Shown in pieces: positions 1 to 8,188 of a stretch of 16,235 nucleotides of DNA (positions are counted from its first letter, which is position 1; each line of letters begins with the position of its first letter). The position numbers and the translations under genes were made by a program. The notes beneath the pieces were generated by a model. That model searched no databases, was not told where the DNA came from, and saw only the letters and a list, made by a program, of their open reading frames with translations. The DNA comes from Archangiaceae bacterium (GTDB taxonomy: Bacteria; Myxococcota; Myxococcia; Myxococcales; Myxococcaceae): NCBI GenBank assembly GCA_043750125.1, contig JAYVCD010000300.1, forward strand, positions 1 through 16,235, in the 5' to 3' direction.

Positions 1-1092
1 GCGCTGCTCGAGAAGGAACCCGGGGTTGCTCCCAAAGCCTGGAATGCCGTCTCGGTCACTTCATTCGGTGGCAAGCCCTTGCGGGTGGTGGGCTACGGGA
101 TGACCGGCCCCGCCGATGGAGGCGAGGGGATCAAGCGAGAGGTCAACCTCACCTTTCGTCAGCTCACCGCCAGCCAGATTCTGATTGGGGACCAGGCGAG
201 CAAGGGCATCTGTTCCGGCGACTCGGGCGGTCCTTCGTTCCACCTTTTTTCCGACGGGGTGGAGCGCGTGGTGGGCGTTCACTCGACGTCGTCGCTGGCC
301 GAGTCCTGTCTGGACGGCACGGACCAGCGGGTCGACTTTCACGCGGCCTTCATTCGCGGTTGGTTGATGGAAAAAGAGCCGCCCGCCTGTTGGGACGATG
401 GCCGCTGCGTCGCGGTCGGCTGTGCTTCGGTGGACCTCGACTGCGTCTGCGGCGCCGACGGAATGTGCACCGACACGTGCCCCGACCTGCGGCGCGACCC
501 CGATTGCCCGACCGACTGCGTTCCGAACGGAGTGTGCTCGGACAAGCCGTGCCCTCGCCCCGACGTGGACTGCGGAAACTTCAGTGGTGGCTGCTCCAAA
601 CCACAAGACTGTCTGGCCGGCCGCTGCGTCACCGACCCCCAGCACCCCCAGCCGTACTGCAGCGCTTCGTGCACCCCGGCAGGCGGATGCCCGGCGCAGA
701 TGGAATGCGACGCGACGCTCACCTGCCGTTACAAGCAGCTGCCCCGGGTGAACAAGGGCGCGCTGTGCATTCCAGGCGAACAGGTCTGCGAGGCGGGCGC
801 GATCTGTCTGGCCCAGGCGGGCAGTGCGCACGTGTGCATGGCGATGTGCAGCAGCGATGCAGAGTGCGGCGAGGGCGCTTGCTGCGCAGGCGAGCCGGGG
901 ACGAAGTTCTGTCAGGCCCCGAAGACGATTCCCTTCGCTCGGCTGGAAGGTCCCGCCGTTCCCAAAGGGTGCAGCTCGATTCCCGGAAACCTGGGGGTCT
1001 GGCTGGGGCTTTTGGCGTTGAAGCTGCTGCGGGGTCAGCGCGCGGGGCGGGTGATCGCCTTGCGGACCGCTGCGAGGGGAGCGTCGTCCTGA
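1..1092 (+). CDS. Secreted trypsin-like (S1) serine protease with Cys-rich C-terminal region and MYXO-CTERM-like tail; 5'-truncated by window edge
   Basis: Frame is open from base 1 (ALLEKEPGVAPKAWN...LRVVGYG). Catalytic-Ser motif CSGDSGGP lies at ~211-234, followed by VVGVHS. Many Cys follow, then a C-terminal GCSSIPGNLGVWLGLLALKLLR (GC + hydrophobic helix + basic residues). Confidence 0.88.
   Translation, partial: ALLEKEPGVAPKAWNAVSVTSFGGKPLRVVGYGMTGPADGGEGIKREVNLTFRQLTASQILIGDQASKGICSGDSGGPSFHLFSDGVERVVGVHSTSSLAESCLDGTDQRVDFHAAFIRGWLMEKEPPACWDDGRCVAVGCASVDLDCVCGADGMCTDTCPDLRRDPDCPTDCVPNGVCSDKPCPRPDVDCGNFSGGCSKPQDCLAGRCVTDPQHPQPYCSASCTPAGGCPAQMECDATLTCRYKQLPRVNKGALCIPGEQVCEAGAICLAQAGSAHVCMAMCSSDAECGEGACCAGEPGTKFCQAPKTIPFARLEGPAVPKGCSSIPGNLGVWLGLLALKLLRGQRAGRVIALRTAARGASS
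388..573 (+). repeat. Three tandem Cys-rich peptide repeats, C-x2-(D/N)G-x-C...C...D-x-D-C
   Basis: CWDDGRCVAVGCASVDLDC / CGADGMCTDTCPDLRRDPDC / CVPNGVCSDKPCPRPDVDC. Confidence 0.7.
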
Positions 1093-1991
1093 AAGACCAC
1101 CGTGCCTGCGCGCTGCTCGACGCCCAGCTTCTTCCATAGCGCGTCGAGCTCGGCGGGCTCGCTCTTCAGGCCCATGCGGGCATGAAGGTCCTGCAGCACC
1201 GTCGTCCCGGTCGCCGAGTCCCCCAAAGTCAGCATCCGAGCCAACTCGAGGTGGACTTTTCCGTCACCGCCCTCGTCGAGAATTCCCCGCAGCGCGTCTC
1301 TCAGCGATTTCTTTCCGAGCGTCCTCTGACGAATCTCGAGATCCACCAGCAACCAGAACCGCGCGCCGCCCCAGTACAGATTTCCCCACGAGTGGGTGGT
1401 GTCCATGCCGCGATCTCCTTTCGACGGAGCGCCGTTGGGCATCCCGTCGAGAAAGTCACCCCAGACCCGAGCGTCGGAAATCTGCCCCGCCTGGGCGCGA
1501 ATGATCGGCTCGACGTACGTGGCCAGGCCTTCTTCGAGGTAGAGGTATTGATCGTCGAGGTCGACGAAAGCCAGGTGCAACAGCTCGTGGGGCAGGCGCC
1601 AGTCGGCGGCCATCGACGCCGCGGTGGCTTCGCGGCCGACGTTGATCCGCACCGTGCGCCCGGCGAAAGTCATGCCTCCAAAGACGTGCCCGTGCCCGCC
1701 GGGGAGCACGGTGATCGTCACATCGTCATTGGGAAACCGGCCGTAGTACAGCGCCGTGGCTTTGGCCGCCGCCTCGACCCAGCTGCGCACTGCATCGCGC
1801 CCGACCGGCAGCGGGCCCGCCGCGATCAACAGACGAATTCGCGCCTTGCCGACTTCGATGATCGACTCTGAAAACGGGTACTCGCCATCGAAGGCGACGA
1901 ACCCTTGATCGCGCGTGACCAGAGTCCACAGTGGGCGCGCGGGCGCAGCCGGCGCAGCAGACAGACAGAGGGCGAGGGTGAGAGCGAGAAT
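1035..1991 (-). CDS. Secreted gluzincin-type zinc metallopeptidase-like protein (M1/M61-like catalytic core)
   Basis: HELLH at 1589-1575 is followed by YLEEGLATY, with a later YWGGA motif. The N-terminus (M)LALTLALCLSAAPA is signal-peptide-like. Start is uncertain: the ORF track uses ATG 2075, but ATT 1991 after AGGA fits better. Confidence 0.75.
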   Translation of the reverse strand: MLALTLALCLSAAPAAPARPLWTLVTRDQGFVAFDGEYPFSESIIEVGKARIRLLIAAGPLPVGRDAVRSWVEAAAKATALYYGRFPNDDVTITVLPGGHGHVFGGMTFAGRTVRINVGREATAASMAADWRLPHELLHLAFVDLDDQYLYLEEGLATYVEPIIRAQAGQISDARVWGDFLDGMPNGAPSKGDRGMDTTHSWGNLYWGGARFWLLVDLEIRQRTLGKKSLRDALRGILDEGGDGKVHLELARMLTLGDSATGTTVLQDLHARMGLKSEPAELDALWKKLGVEQRAGTVVFQDDAPLAAVRKAITRPAR

Positions 1992-2027
1992 GTTGTCCTG
2001 CGCCGGAAGAGGTGGCCGCGGCCGCGC

Positions 2028-2056
2028 AGAGTATTGAACTGCGCGGGGTTCTCCAA
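2028..2056 (-). promoter_or_regulatory. Candidate sigma-70-type promoter for the metallopeptidase gene
   Basis: Minus strand reads TTGGAG (2056-2051), exactly 17 nt, then TACTCT (2033-2028). Confidence 0.45.
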
Positions 2057-2147
2057 CACTTGTCCGTCTGCTCATTGCGTGAAAGAGCCGCTCATGCTCG
2101 ACGGAGCCATGGGTTGCAGCTGACCGGGTGCGCTTCGACGGGTCGCA

Positions 2148-2470
2148 GTGGCCTTCATCTTTGCTCTGTCAGTCGTCATCTCGTGGCGGCGGTCTTTTCC
2201 CGACGGGCAGCTGTCGGCGGCGAGGGCGGGTGGCGCCTTCGGAGTCAGGCCCCACTCTTTTGCCGAGACCGGCCGGGTGGCTCAGTTGTTGGCGAATGCC
2301 GCGGGCATCTGGGTCCACCGCAACACGGGGAGTTCCGCGAGGCGTTGAACCGTCACCGGTACGCCAACGATGATCTGCCAGAGGACAGGGAAGCCTTTGA
2401 GAAATCGGGCCGGGTGCTCGCCCTCGATGAACCCAACGCTCCTCAGCGGTGGTGCCAGGCTCTTCCGTAG
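2148..2470 (+). pseudogene. Possible degraded or frameshifted small membrane-protein gene
   Basis: A hydrophobic VAFIFALSVVISW segment lies in one frame (2148-2348) and a protein-like HGEFREALNRHRYANDDLPEDREAFEKSGRVLALDEPNAPQRWCQALP* in another frame (stop at 2470). No family recognised. Confidence 0.2.
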
Positions 2471-2481
2471 ATTCGAAGGAC

Positions 2482-3174
2482 CTACCGCCGGAACAAGTAG
2501 CCGCGGCCGCGCAGGGTAATGAAGTGCACGGGGTTCTCGGGCTCGGGCTCGAACAGCCGCCGCAACCTCAAGATGAAGTTGTCGACGGTGCGGTCAGTGG
2601 GAAACGCGTCCATCCCCCAGACCTCTTCGAGAATGTCGGTGCGCGAGAGCGCCTGATTTTCGACCCCGACGAACAGCTCCATCAGCTTGAGCTCTTTGTC
2701 GCTCAGCGACAGCTCGCCCTCGTTGGTGAGCGCCTGCCCGGTGTCGAAGCGGATCCACAGTTTTCCGAGCGAGAACAAGGGCCGCCCGGTCAAGCCGGGG
2801 GCCTTCAGCGCCCGGCGCAGCAACGCCCGCACCCGCGCGAGCAGCTCGGCCACGTCGAACGGCTTGGTCAGGTAGTCGTCGGCCCCCGCGTCGAGCCCCC
2901 GCACCTTCGAGGCTGTGTCGTTGCGCGCGGTGAGCATCATGATCGGAAAGCCGATGCTCTGGGCGCGCGCTTTCTTGATCAGCAAGAACCCATCGCCCCC
3001 GGGAATCATCGCGTCGACGATCGCCAAAGCGAACCCCGGCGGCCGGCAGATGGCGGCCAACCCCGACGGGTAGTCCCCGGCAGTCTCGACCCGATGACCG
3101 ACGTGGCTGAGATTCAGCGCGAGCAACTGCTGAACCAGCGGCTCGTCTTCCACCACCAGAATCGCCTCACCCAT
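2482..3174 (-). CDS. OmpR/PhoB-family DNA-binding response regulator
   Basis: REC domain: ILVVEDE, AIVDAMIPGGDG, MLTAR, GADDYLTKPF. Winged helix: LSDKELKLMELF, SRTDILEEVWG, DRTVDNFILRLR, TLRGRGY. Start overlaps the kinase stop by 8 bp. Confidence 0.96.
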   Translation of the reverse strand: MGEAILVVEDEPLVQQLLALNLSHVGHRVETAGDYPSGLAAICRPPGFALAIVDAMIPGGDGFLLIKKARAQSIGFPIMMLTARNDTASKVRGLDAGADDYLTKPFDVAELLARVRALLRRALKAPGLTGRPLFSLGKLWIRFDTGQALTNEGELSLSDKELKLMELFVGVENQALSRTDILEEVWGMDAFPTDRTVDNFILRLRRLFEPEPENPVHFITLRGRGYLFRR

Positions 3175-4153
3175 GGACCACCGGGTTGAGGCTCAAGGTG
3201 AAGGTGCTCCCCTTGCCTTCTCCGGCCGACGACGCGCTCAGCTCTCCCCCCATCTGCCGCGCCAGCTGACGGGACAACGAGAGTCCCAGCCCGCTGCCGT
3301 GACTGACCGAGCCTTTCGCCGCGCGCGAGAAAGGGTCGAACAACCGTTCGGACAACCCAGGATCAAAGCCGAGGCCGAAGTCGCGCACTTCGAGCTTCCA
3401 CCGGCCGCCTTCGCTGGATGCATGCAGCTCGACCTTTCCGCCTCCGTATTTCCGCGCGTTGTCGAGCAGGTTCTCGAGGATGACCCGGAACGCATCGGGG
3501 TTGGCGTAGATGCGCACCGCGGCCGCCGGTTGGACCGCGACCGCCTCGACCCCGAAGCCGTGGGCCCGGTGGGCGAGGACCTCGGCGATCAGCGCGCCGG
3601 CGTCGTGCGCTTCCAGCGGGCCTCCCTTCGGTAAAGAGACGGCGCGTTGGTAGGCGAGGATCGTCTCGGCCAGGTGCTCGAGGCGATCGCACTCGGCGAT
3701 TCCGCTTTTCAGCAGCGCTCCGTGCAGGTCCGCCGGCACCGAGCCGAGCTCGAGGCTTTGAAGCAACGCGCGCACTCCGGCGATCGGAGTCTTGAGCTCG
3801 TGGCTGGTGAACTGCAGCATCCGTTCCATTCGAATGCGGGCTTCCTGTCGACGCCGCGCGAGAACGAACAACACCACCATGCACAAGATCAGCGCGAGGA
3901 CGAAGACACCCGATTCTCCGGCGATCATCAGAAACAGCCGTTCGCCGCGGGAATCCAGCGCGGCGAGCCCTGATTTGAGCTCGACCGGGTCCTGGGTGGT
4001 CAGAGTGAGCAGGTCCTCGGCCAGGGCCTGTTCCTGGGCGATCAACCGCCGGGCAAAGATGCTCCACCACCCGACCAGCGCCGCGAAGATTGCGAACGCG
4101 AGCCAGAGCACGACGTACTCGAGCCGACGCAAAATCCAACGAAGGAAGACCAT
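3167..4153 (-). CDS. Membrane sensor histidine kinase (2 TM, HisKA + HATPase_c)
   Basis: Two hydrophobic helices. H-box FTSHELKTPIAG, N-box LENLLDNARKY, G1 VRDFGLG, F-box LFDPF, G2 GSGLGL. ATG 4153 chosen because the 4246 start would overlap the upstream gene. Confidence 0.95.
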   Translation of the reverse strand: MVFLRWILRRLEYVVLWLAFAIFAALVGWWSIFARRLIAQEQALAEDLLTLTTQDPVELKSGLAALDSRGERLFLMIAGESGVFVLALILCMVVLFVLARRRQEARIRMERMLQFTSHELKTPIAGVRALLQSLELGSVPADLHGALLKSGIAECDRLEHLAETILAYQRAVSLPKGGPLEAHDAGALIAEVLAHRAHGFGVEAVAVQPAAAVRIYANPDAFRVILENLLDNARKYGGGKVELHASSEGGRWKLEVRDFGLGFDPGLSERLFDPFSRAAKGSVSHGSGLGLSLSRQLARQMGGELSASSAGEGKGSTFTLSLNPVVHG

Positions 4154-4164
4154 CGGCGGGGACC

Positions 4165-6123
4165 CTAATGGGAAGCGCAGTTGAGCGCTTTGAGCGCGAC
4201 ATCGACCATGGCATCGGGTCCCCCGCGTTCTTCGGGGAATGTGCACAGCGCCCCTTTCACCGCGAGGGTCACGTTCTGTCCAAACGGGCCGCCATCGCTG
4301 AAGAGCGACAGGTTGTGCTTCAGCAACCGTTCGGCGTCTTTCTGCGACACGTCGTGCAGCAACACCCCAAACCGCGCTGCGCCCAGATGGGCCACCACAT
4401 CGCTGACCCGAAAAGACGCCTTCAACCGTGCGCCCATCGCAGCCACGGCGGCGTCGGCTTCCAATCTTCCCCGCGCCTGTTGCAGCGCTTCGAGCGCGCC
4501 TTCGAACACCAGCAGCGCAAGGGTACGGCCCCGACGGGCGAGCAAAATGGCCCGCTCGAGCTCCTCGAGCAGCGTTCGAAGGTCGGGAAAGCTCGGCAGC
4601 GTCGAGCCCCGGTTCTGCAGACTCTCGGCCCGCCGCCTCACCTGAACCCGAACTCGAGCCAGCAGCTCGGCCGGGTTGATCGGGTCCGAGAGCACATCAT
4701 CGGCTCCGGCCTCGAAGGCCTCGAGGCGCTCTTTGCGCGAATCGCCTTTGGCCAACACCACCACCGGCAGCTGTCCGTGCCGCGCATCGGCCCGCAGCGC
4801 CCTGAGCAAAGAGAGCCCGTTGACCCCTTTCAACTCGGTGGCGAGAACGACCAGGGCGGGCGACGCCTGGTCGAGTGCTTCGAAGAGCTCGCGGGGATCC
4901 AGGCAGGGCGTGACGGCCAGCCCGTCGGCGGACAGGGTTTCAGCCACCGTTCCCAACAGCGCGCGGTCGGCCGCGAGGGCGAGCACCGAGACTCCGCGGG
5001 CGGGGCCAGCAAAGTTGACGGCCATCTTCAGCAGCGAGACGGCGTCGGGAAGCCGGTGGATGTAGCCGGTGGCCCCCTTGGCTTGAGCCTTGAGCCGCGC
5101 GGCGAACCCGGCGTCTCCGGCCATCAGCACCACCGGGCCGACTCCCGCCTTGACGAAGTCCTGGCAAACCTCGAACGCGTCAATCGATGGGCGGTCGGCG
5201 GCGATGAACACCACGTCGGGCTTTTCTTCCATCGCGGACAGCAGCGCTCCGTGGGGGTCCGGAAAGAGCCGCAGCGGCTCACCTTTCCCAGCGGCTTCAC
5301 TGCACGAGAGCGCGAGATCCCCACTGCCGTCGACGACCAGGACCTTCAGTGGCCGCGCCGCCTTGCTCCCGCCGGGAAGCGAGACGGTCGCGCCGGCGCG
5401 CACCAACTTCACTTCGAGGGCGGCGAGCATTCCGGCCATCGAGGCCAGCGAGGCGGCCGTCAGTGAGCCGTCTTTGTGTTTCTCGAACAGATCTTCCATC
5501 TGCGCGCCCAGTCGGGTGACTTCGGGCAACCCGAACGAAGTGCCGGTGCCACGGAACCGGTGCGCCTCAGTGCGGAAGATCTTCACTGCGGCTTTCGCAT
5601 CTTTCCCGCGCAGCTCGGGCAGCGCCGCCCGCATGTTGGCGGTGCGCTCAGCGGCGAGGACGAGGAAGTCGGTCAACAGCTCGACCGCAGTGGTGATGTC
5701 GAGCTCGAGCTCTTCTTCCGGCTGCAGCGCCTGGGGCTCGGGCGTCATCCCTGGGAAGCGGGCGATCGCGCGCTTGAGATCCTCGACGCTGATCGGCTTG
5801 TGCAGCACCGCGTCGACCTTGATGACGTTGAGCAGGCGCTGGCGGCTCTTGATGTCCCGGAAAAAAGCACTGACGAAGAGCATCGGAAGCTCGGCTTGCG
5901 GCCATCGGGCCCGGGCCCGCAGCGCCACCTCGTCGCCCCGAAGCCCAGGCAGCAGCCCGTCGATGATCATCAGCTTCGGCTTGCTGTTCTCGATCAGCTT
6001 CAGCGCCTCTTCGCCGGTGCGAACCGCAAGGCACTTCACCCCAGTAGGGACAAGGACGCTCTCGACCAGCCGATGGAAGCCGGGGTCGTCATCGACGATC
6101 AGCACCTGATCAGAAAGACCCAT
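4165..6123 (-). CDS. Multidomain response regulator: REC - Hpt - pseudoREC - pseudoREC - degenerate GGDEF
   Basis: REC1: VLIVDDD...IIDGLLPG...FVSA...LHKP. Hpt: EAHRFRGTGTSFG (His at 5562-5560). Two REC-like domains have Ala at the phospho-Asp position (VVFIAAD, VVLATEL). GGDEF-like C-terminus: FRVSDVVAHLGAARFGVLL. Start is ATG 6123 or 6129. Confidence 0.88.
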   Translation of the reverse strand: MGLSDQVLIVDDDPGFHRLVESVLVPTGVKCLAVRTGEEALKLIENSKPKLMIIDGLLPGLRGDEVALRARARWPQAELPMLFVSAFFRDIKSRQRLLNVIKVDAVLHKPISVEDLKRAIARFPGMTPEPQALQPEEELELDITTAVELLTDFLVLAAERTANMRAALPELRGKDAKAAVKIFRTEAHRFRGTGTSFGLPEVTRLGAQMEDLFEKHKDGSLTAASLASMAGMLAALEVKLVRAGATVSLPGGSKAARPLKVLVVDGSGDLALSCSEAAGKGEPLRLFPDPHGALLSAMEEKPDVVFIAADRPSIDAFEVCQDFVKAGVGPVVLMAGDAGFAARLKAQAKGATGYIHRLPDAVSLLKMAVNFAGPARGVSVLALAADRALLGTVAETLSADGLAVTPCLDPRELFEALDQASPALVVLATELKGVNGLSLLRALRADARHGQLPVVVLAKGDSRKERLEAFEAGADDVLSDPINPAELLARVRVQVRRRAESLQNRGSTLPSFPDLRTLLEELERAILLARRGRTLALLVFEGALEALQQARGRLEADAAVAAMGARLKASFRVSDVVAHLGAARFGVLLHDVSQKDAERLLKHNLSLFSDGGPFGQNVTLAVKGALCTFPEERGGPDAMVDVALKALNCASH

Positions 6124-6200
6124 CGGCATCAGCGGTGTACACCAATCTTCACAGACGCAGGGCGGCACAAAAGCGATGGCGTTGTTAAAACGGGTTTCTC

Positions 6201-7313
6201 TTGGGGAAGCGCAGGGTTCTCGCTGGGCTGGTGTTTTCGGTGCTGCTGCACGCAGCGGTTCTGGCGTGGCTTTTGTCCCGTCCGCGCGCAGCCTCGTCCG
6301 CCCCTTCCCCGATTCAGCTGGTGCTGGTGGAAGTCAGTCTGCCTCCGCCGCCTCTTCCCCCGACTGACGAGCCCGAGCCGGCCCAGCCCGTTGCGCCTCC
6401 CGAGGTTCACCCCAGGGTTCCTCGAGTTGCCGTGACAGCGCCGCCACCTTCGCCTTTGCCCGAGCAGAAGCCTCAGCCTTCGCCCCCGGTGGCCAGCGAT
6501 GTGCCCAGAGCCGATGCCCCCTTGATCGACGCTCCGAGGCTGGCCCTGCCTTCGTTGGGGCTGACGCTGTCGCTCGACGCCGGAATTGCGGCGGCCGAAG
6601 AGCCCACCCGGCTGCACGCGCCGGACATTGCGCGCGACCTGGTGGCAGACCTCACCCGCGAAACGATCGGCCGGGGAAAAGTCGATCGCGGCCTGGTGCA
6701 CCCGTACTACCAACAGCTGGGAAAAGTGCTGCTGAAGAACTGGGATGCCGACCGTTCGGTGGCGACCAAGGGACTGAAGGGCTTTGCCGAATCGACCGTC
6801 GAAAACACCAAGACGTGGAACAAGATCTGGCTGGAAAAGGCCGCGGTGTATGGCGGCTCAGGCTCCCCGTTCGACGTTCCCGTCGCGGGTCGGGCCAAGC
6901 CGTTGAGCGACCGCTTGATTCCCGGGCAGGATCTTCAGGCGCGCAAAGAGGTCCAGCGCGAAATGGCCCAGCAGTTTCGGTCGACCCGTCGGGCCGAGAT
7001 CCGGGTCACCCAGGCGGCGAGCGGGAAGCTGTTGAAGGTCGAGCTGCTCAAGCCGAGCAACGACGTCTACGTCGACAACCAGGCGTTGGTCGACGTGCGC
7101 GCTGCAGCCGAAAAGCTGCCGACTCCTCCGGAAGAAGCCATCGCCGGGCGCCCCACGCTGGTGAGCACCTGGGAATTCGAGCTCGTTGTGAGCATCACCC
7201 CACCGGTGCCGACCTTCAGTTTCGAGTTCGATGAGGCGATCGGCTTCGTCGACGTGCGCCTTCCACTCGACCGGCGCATCTACAAGAAAGTGAAGCTGCT
7301 CTCGGTCGATTGA
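6201..7313 (+). CDS. TonB/TolA C-terminal-domain membrane protein (energy-transducer-like)
   Basis: N-terminal TM helix with SxxxH (FSVLLHAAV), then a long Pro-rich linker, then YYQQLGKVLLKNW...RAEIRVTQAASGKLLKVELLKPSNDVYVDNQALVDVRAA, resembling the TonB_C/TonB_2 pattern. TTG start. Confidence 0.75.
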   Translation: MGKRRVLAGLVFSVLLHAAVLAWLLSRPRAASSAPSPIQLVLVEVSLPPPPLPPTDEPEPAQPVAPPEVHPRVPRVAVTAPPPSPLPEQKPQPSPPVASDVPRADAPLIDAPRLALPSLGLTLSLDAGIAAAEEPTRLHAPDIARDLVADLTRETIGRGKVDRGLVHPYYQQLGKVLLKNWDADRSVATKGLKGFAESTVENTKTWNKIWLEKAAVYGGSGSPFDVPVAGRAKPLSDRLIPGQDLQARKEVQREMAQQFRSTRRAEIRVTQAASGKLLKVELLKPSNDVYVDNQALVDVRAAAEKLPTPPEEAIAGRPTLVSTWEFELVVSITPPVPTFSFEFDEAIGFVDVRLPLDRRIYKKVKLLSVD

Positions 7314-7346
7314 GTCGGCCAACGCTTCGGCTGTGGGTCGCCGACT
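7313..7346 (+). terminator. Stem-loop directly after the TonB-like stop (possible terminator or mRNA 3' stabiliser)
   Basis: Outer stem AGTCGGC(7313-7319)/GCCGACT(7340-7346) encloses a C-TTCG-G tetraloop (7325-7330). No U-tract follows. Confidence 0.3.
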
Positions 7347-7613
7347 GGTCGTCTCAAAGGGGGCGCCCGAAAAGAAGCGAAGTCTGGCCGTGCCCGGTCG
7401 AGTGCGAAGACCGTGTCCTGGCCCGCGACTCGGCAACGTCGCGAAGGCGTTCGAGCCCATGGCCAGCGTCCAGAGGTCCTCCATCGCAAGCGTTGCGGGC
7501 ATTGAACGGGAGGTAGGCCGGTGAAGTTGCCTTTTCCGGAAGGGCTCGGACCAGGCCCCACGCGACGGTCGCCTTTAGAACCGGCCCGGTCGCCCTCTAA
7601 GCTGTCCGGCTCG

Positions 7614-8129
7614 ATGCGGCAACTCAGCGGCTGGATGTTCTGTCTGTTCCTCGTCGCGTGCCCCGGCCCGCTTCAACCGCCCGATGCGGGTGCGCAGGAC
7701 GCCGGGGGCATCGACTCGGGGACCCTCGACCCGGGCGTCGACGCGGGAATCGATGCAGGCGTCGACGCGGGTACTGAAGACGCGGGAAGCGACGCGGGTC
7801 TGATTGACGGGGGAACCGGCCGGCTTCGGATTCTCGCGGGCAACCTGTCGAGCGGCAATCAGCAGTCGTGGACCCCCGGTGAGGGCGCTGCTGCAGGAAT
7901 TCAACATCGGAACCAACACCGACGCAGAACGCCGCGCCTTCGTCGATTCTGCGTTCGGCACCGAATTTTCTTTTCACGTTCAAGCGGGAGCAGGCATTCC
8001 CAATTGCGTCGTCTCGCGCTGGCCCATTCTCGATGCCGGTGAGTGGGTCGACCCCCAGGTGAGCAACCGGGCCTTCGCCTGGGGCAGATCGACGTTCCCG
8101 GCGCCAAAGATCTGTGGGCGGTTAGCGTA
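7614..8129 (+). pseudogene. Disrupted secreted/lipoprotein endonuclease/exonuclease/phosphatase (EEP-family) gene
   Basis: Frame A: MRQLSGWMFCLFLVAC (lipobox-like), DAG linker, RLRILAGNLSSGNQQSWTPGEG. Frame B from ~7885: ALLQEFNIG...IPNCVVSRWPILDAGEWVDPQVSNRAFAW. Frame C from ~8085: QIDVPGAKDLWAVSV, after which similarity stops. The N, QE, N-x-x-x-SRWPI and strand motifs are in EEP order, but the C-terminal GD(F/L)N and SDH motifs are missing. Confidence 0.8.
7682..7815 (+). repeat. Low-complexity DAG/DGG peptide repeat linker (GAC/GAT-GCG/GCA-GG units)
   Basis: PDAGAQDAGGIDSGTLDPGVDAGIDAGVDAGTEDAGSDAGLIDGG. Confidence 0.7.
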
Positions 8130-8188
8130 AGAGCTGCCTCGCAGAGGGCGCGGGAGTTTTCTGAGAGTCGGAGCTATTGGAGGGCGCT

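Noticed and set aside
4165..4620. Active diguanylate cyclase (PleD/WspR-like) annotation
   Set aside because: GG(D/E)EF is replaced by GAARF, and the metal- and GTP-binding residues are degenerate.
61..6109. Long alternative ORFs (61-1137 -, 360-1139 +, 1182-1871 +, 2449-3189 +, 4090-5466 +, 5090-6109 +)
   Set aside because: These are antisense or off-frame shadows of motif-bearing genes, as expected in high-GC DNA. They are Arg/Gly/Pro/Ser-rich with no recognisable motifs.
7521..8042. 173-aa ORF taken as an intact hypothetical protein
   Set aside because: Its C-terminal part is out-of-frame read-through of the disrupted EEP gene. The real coding sequence continues in other frames.
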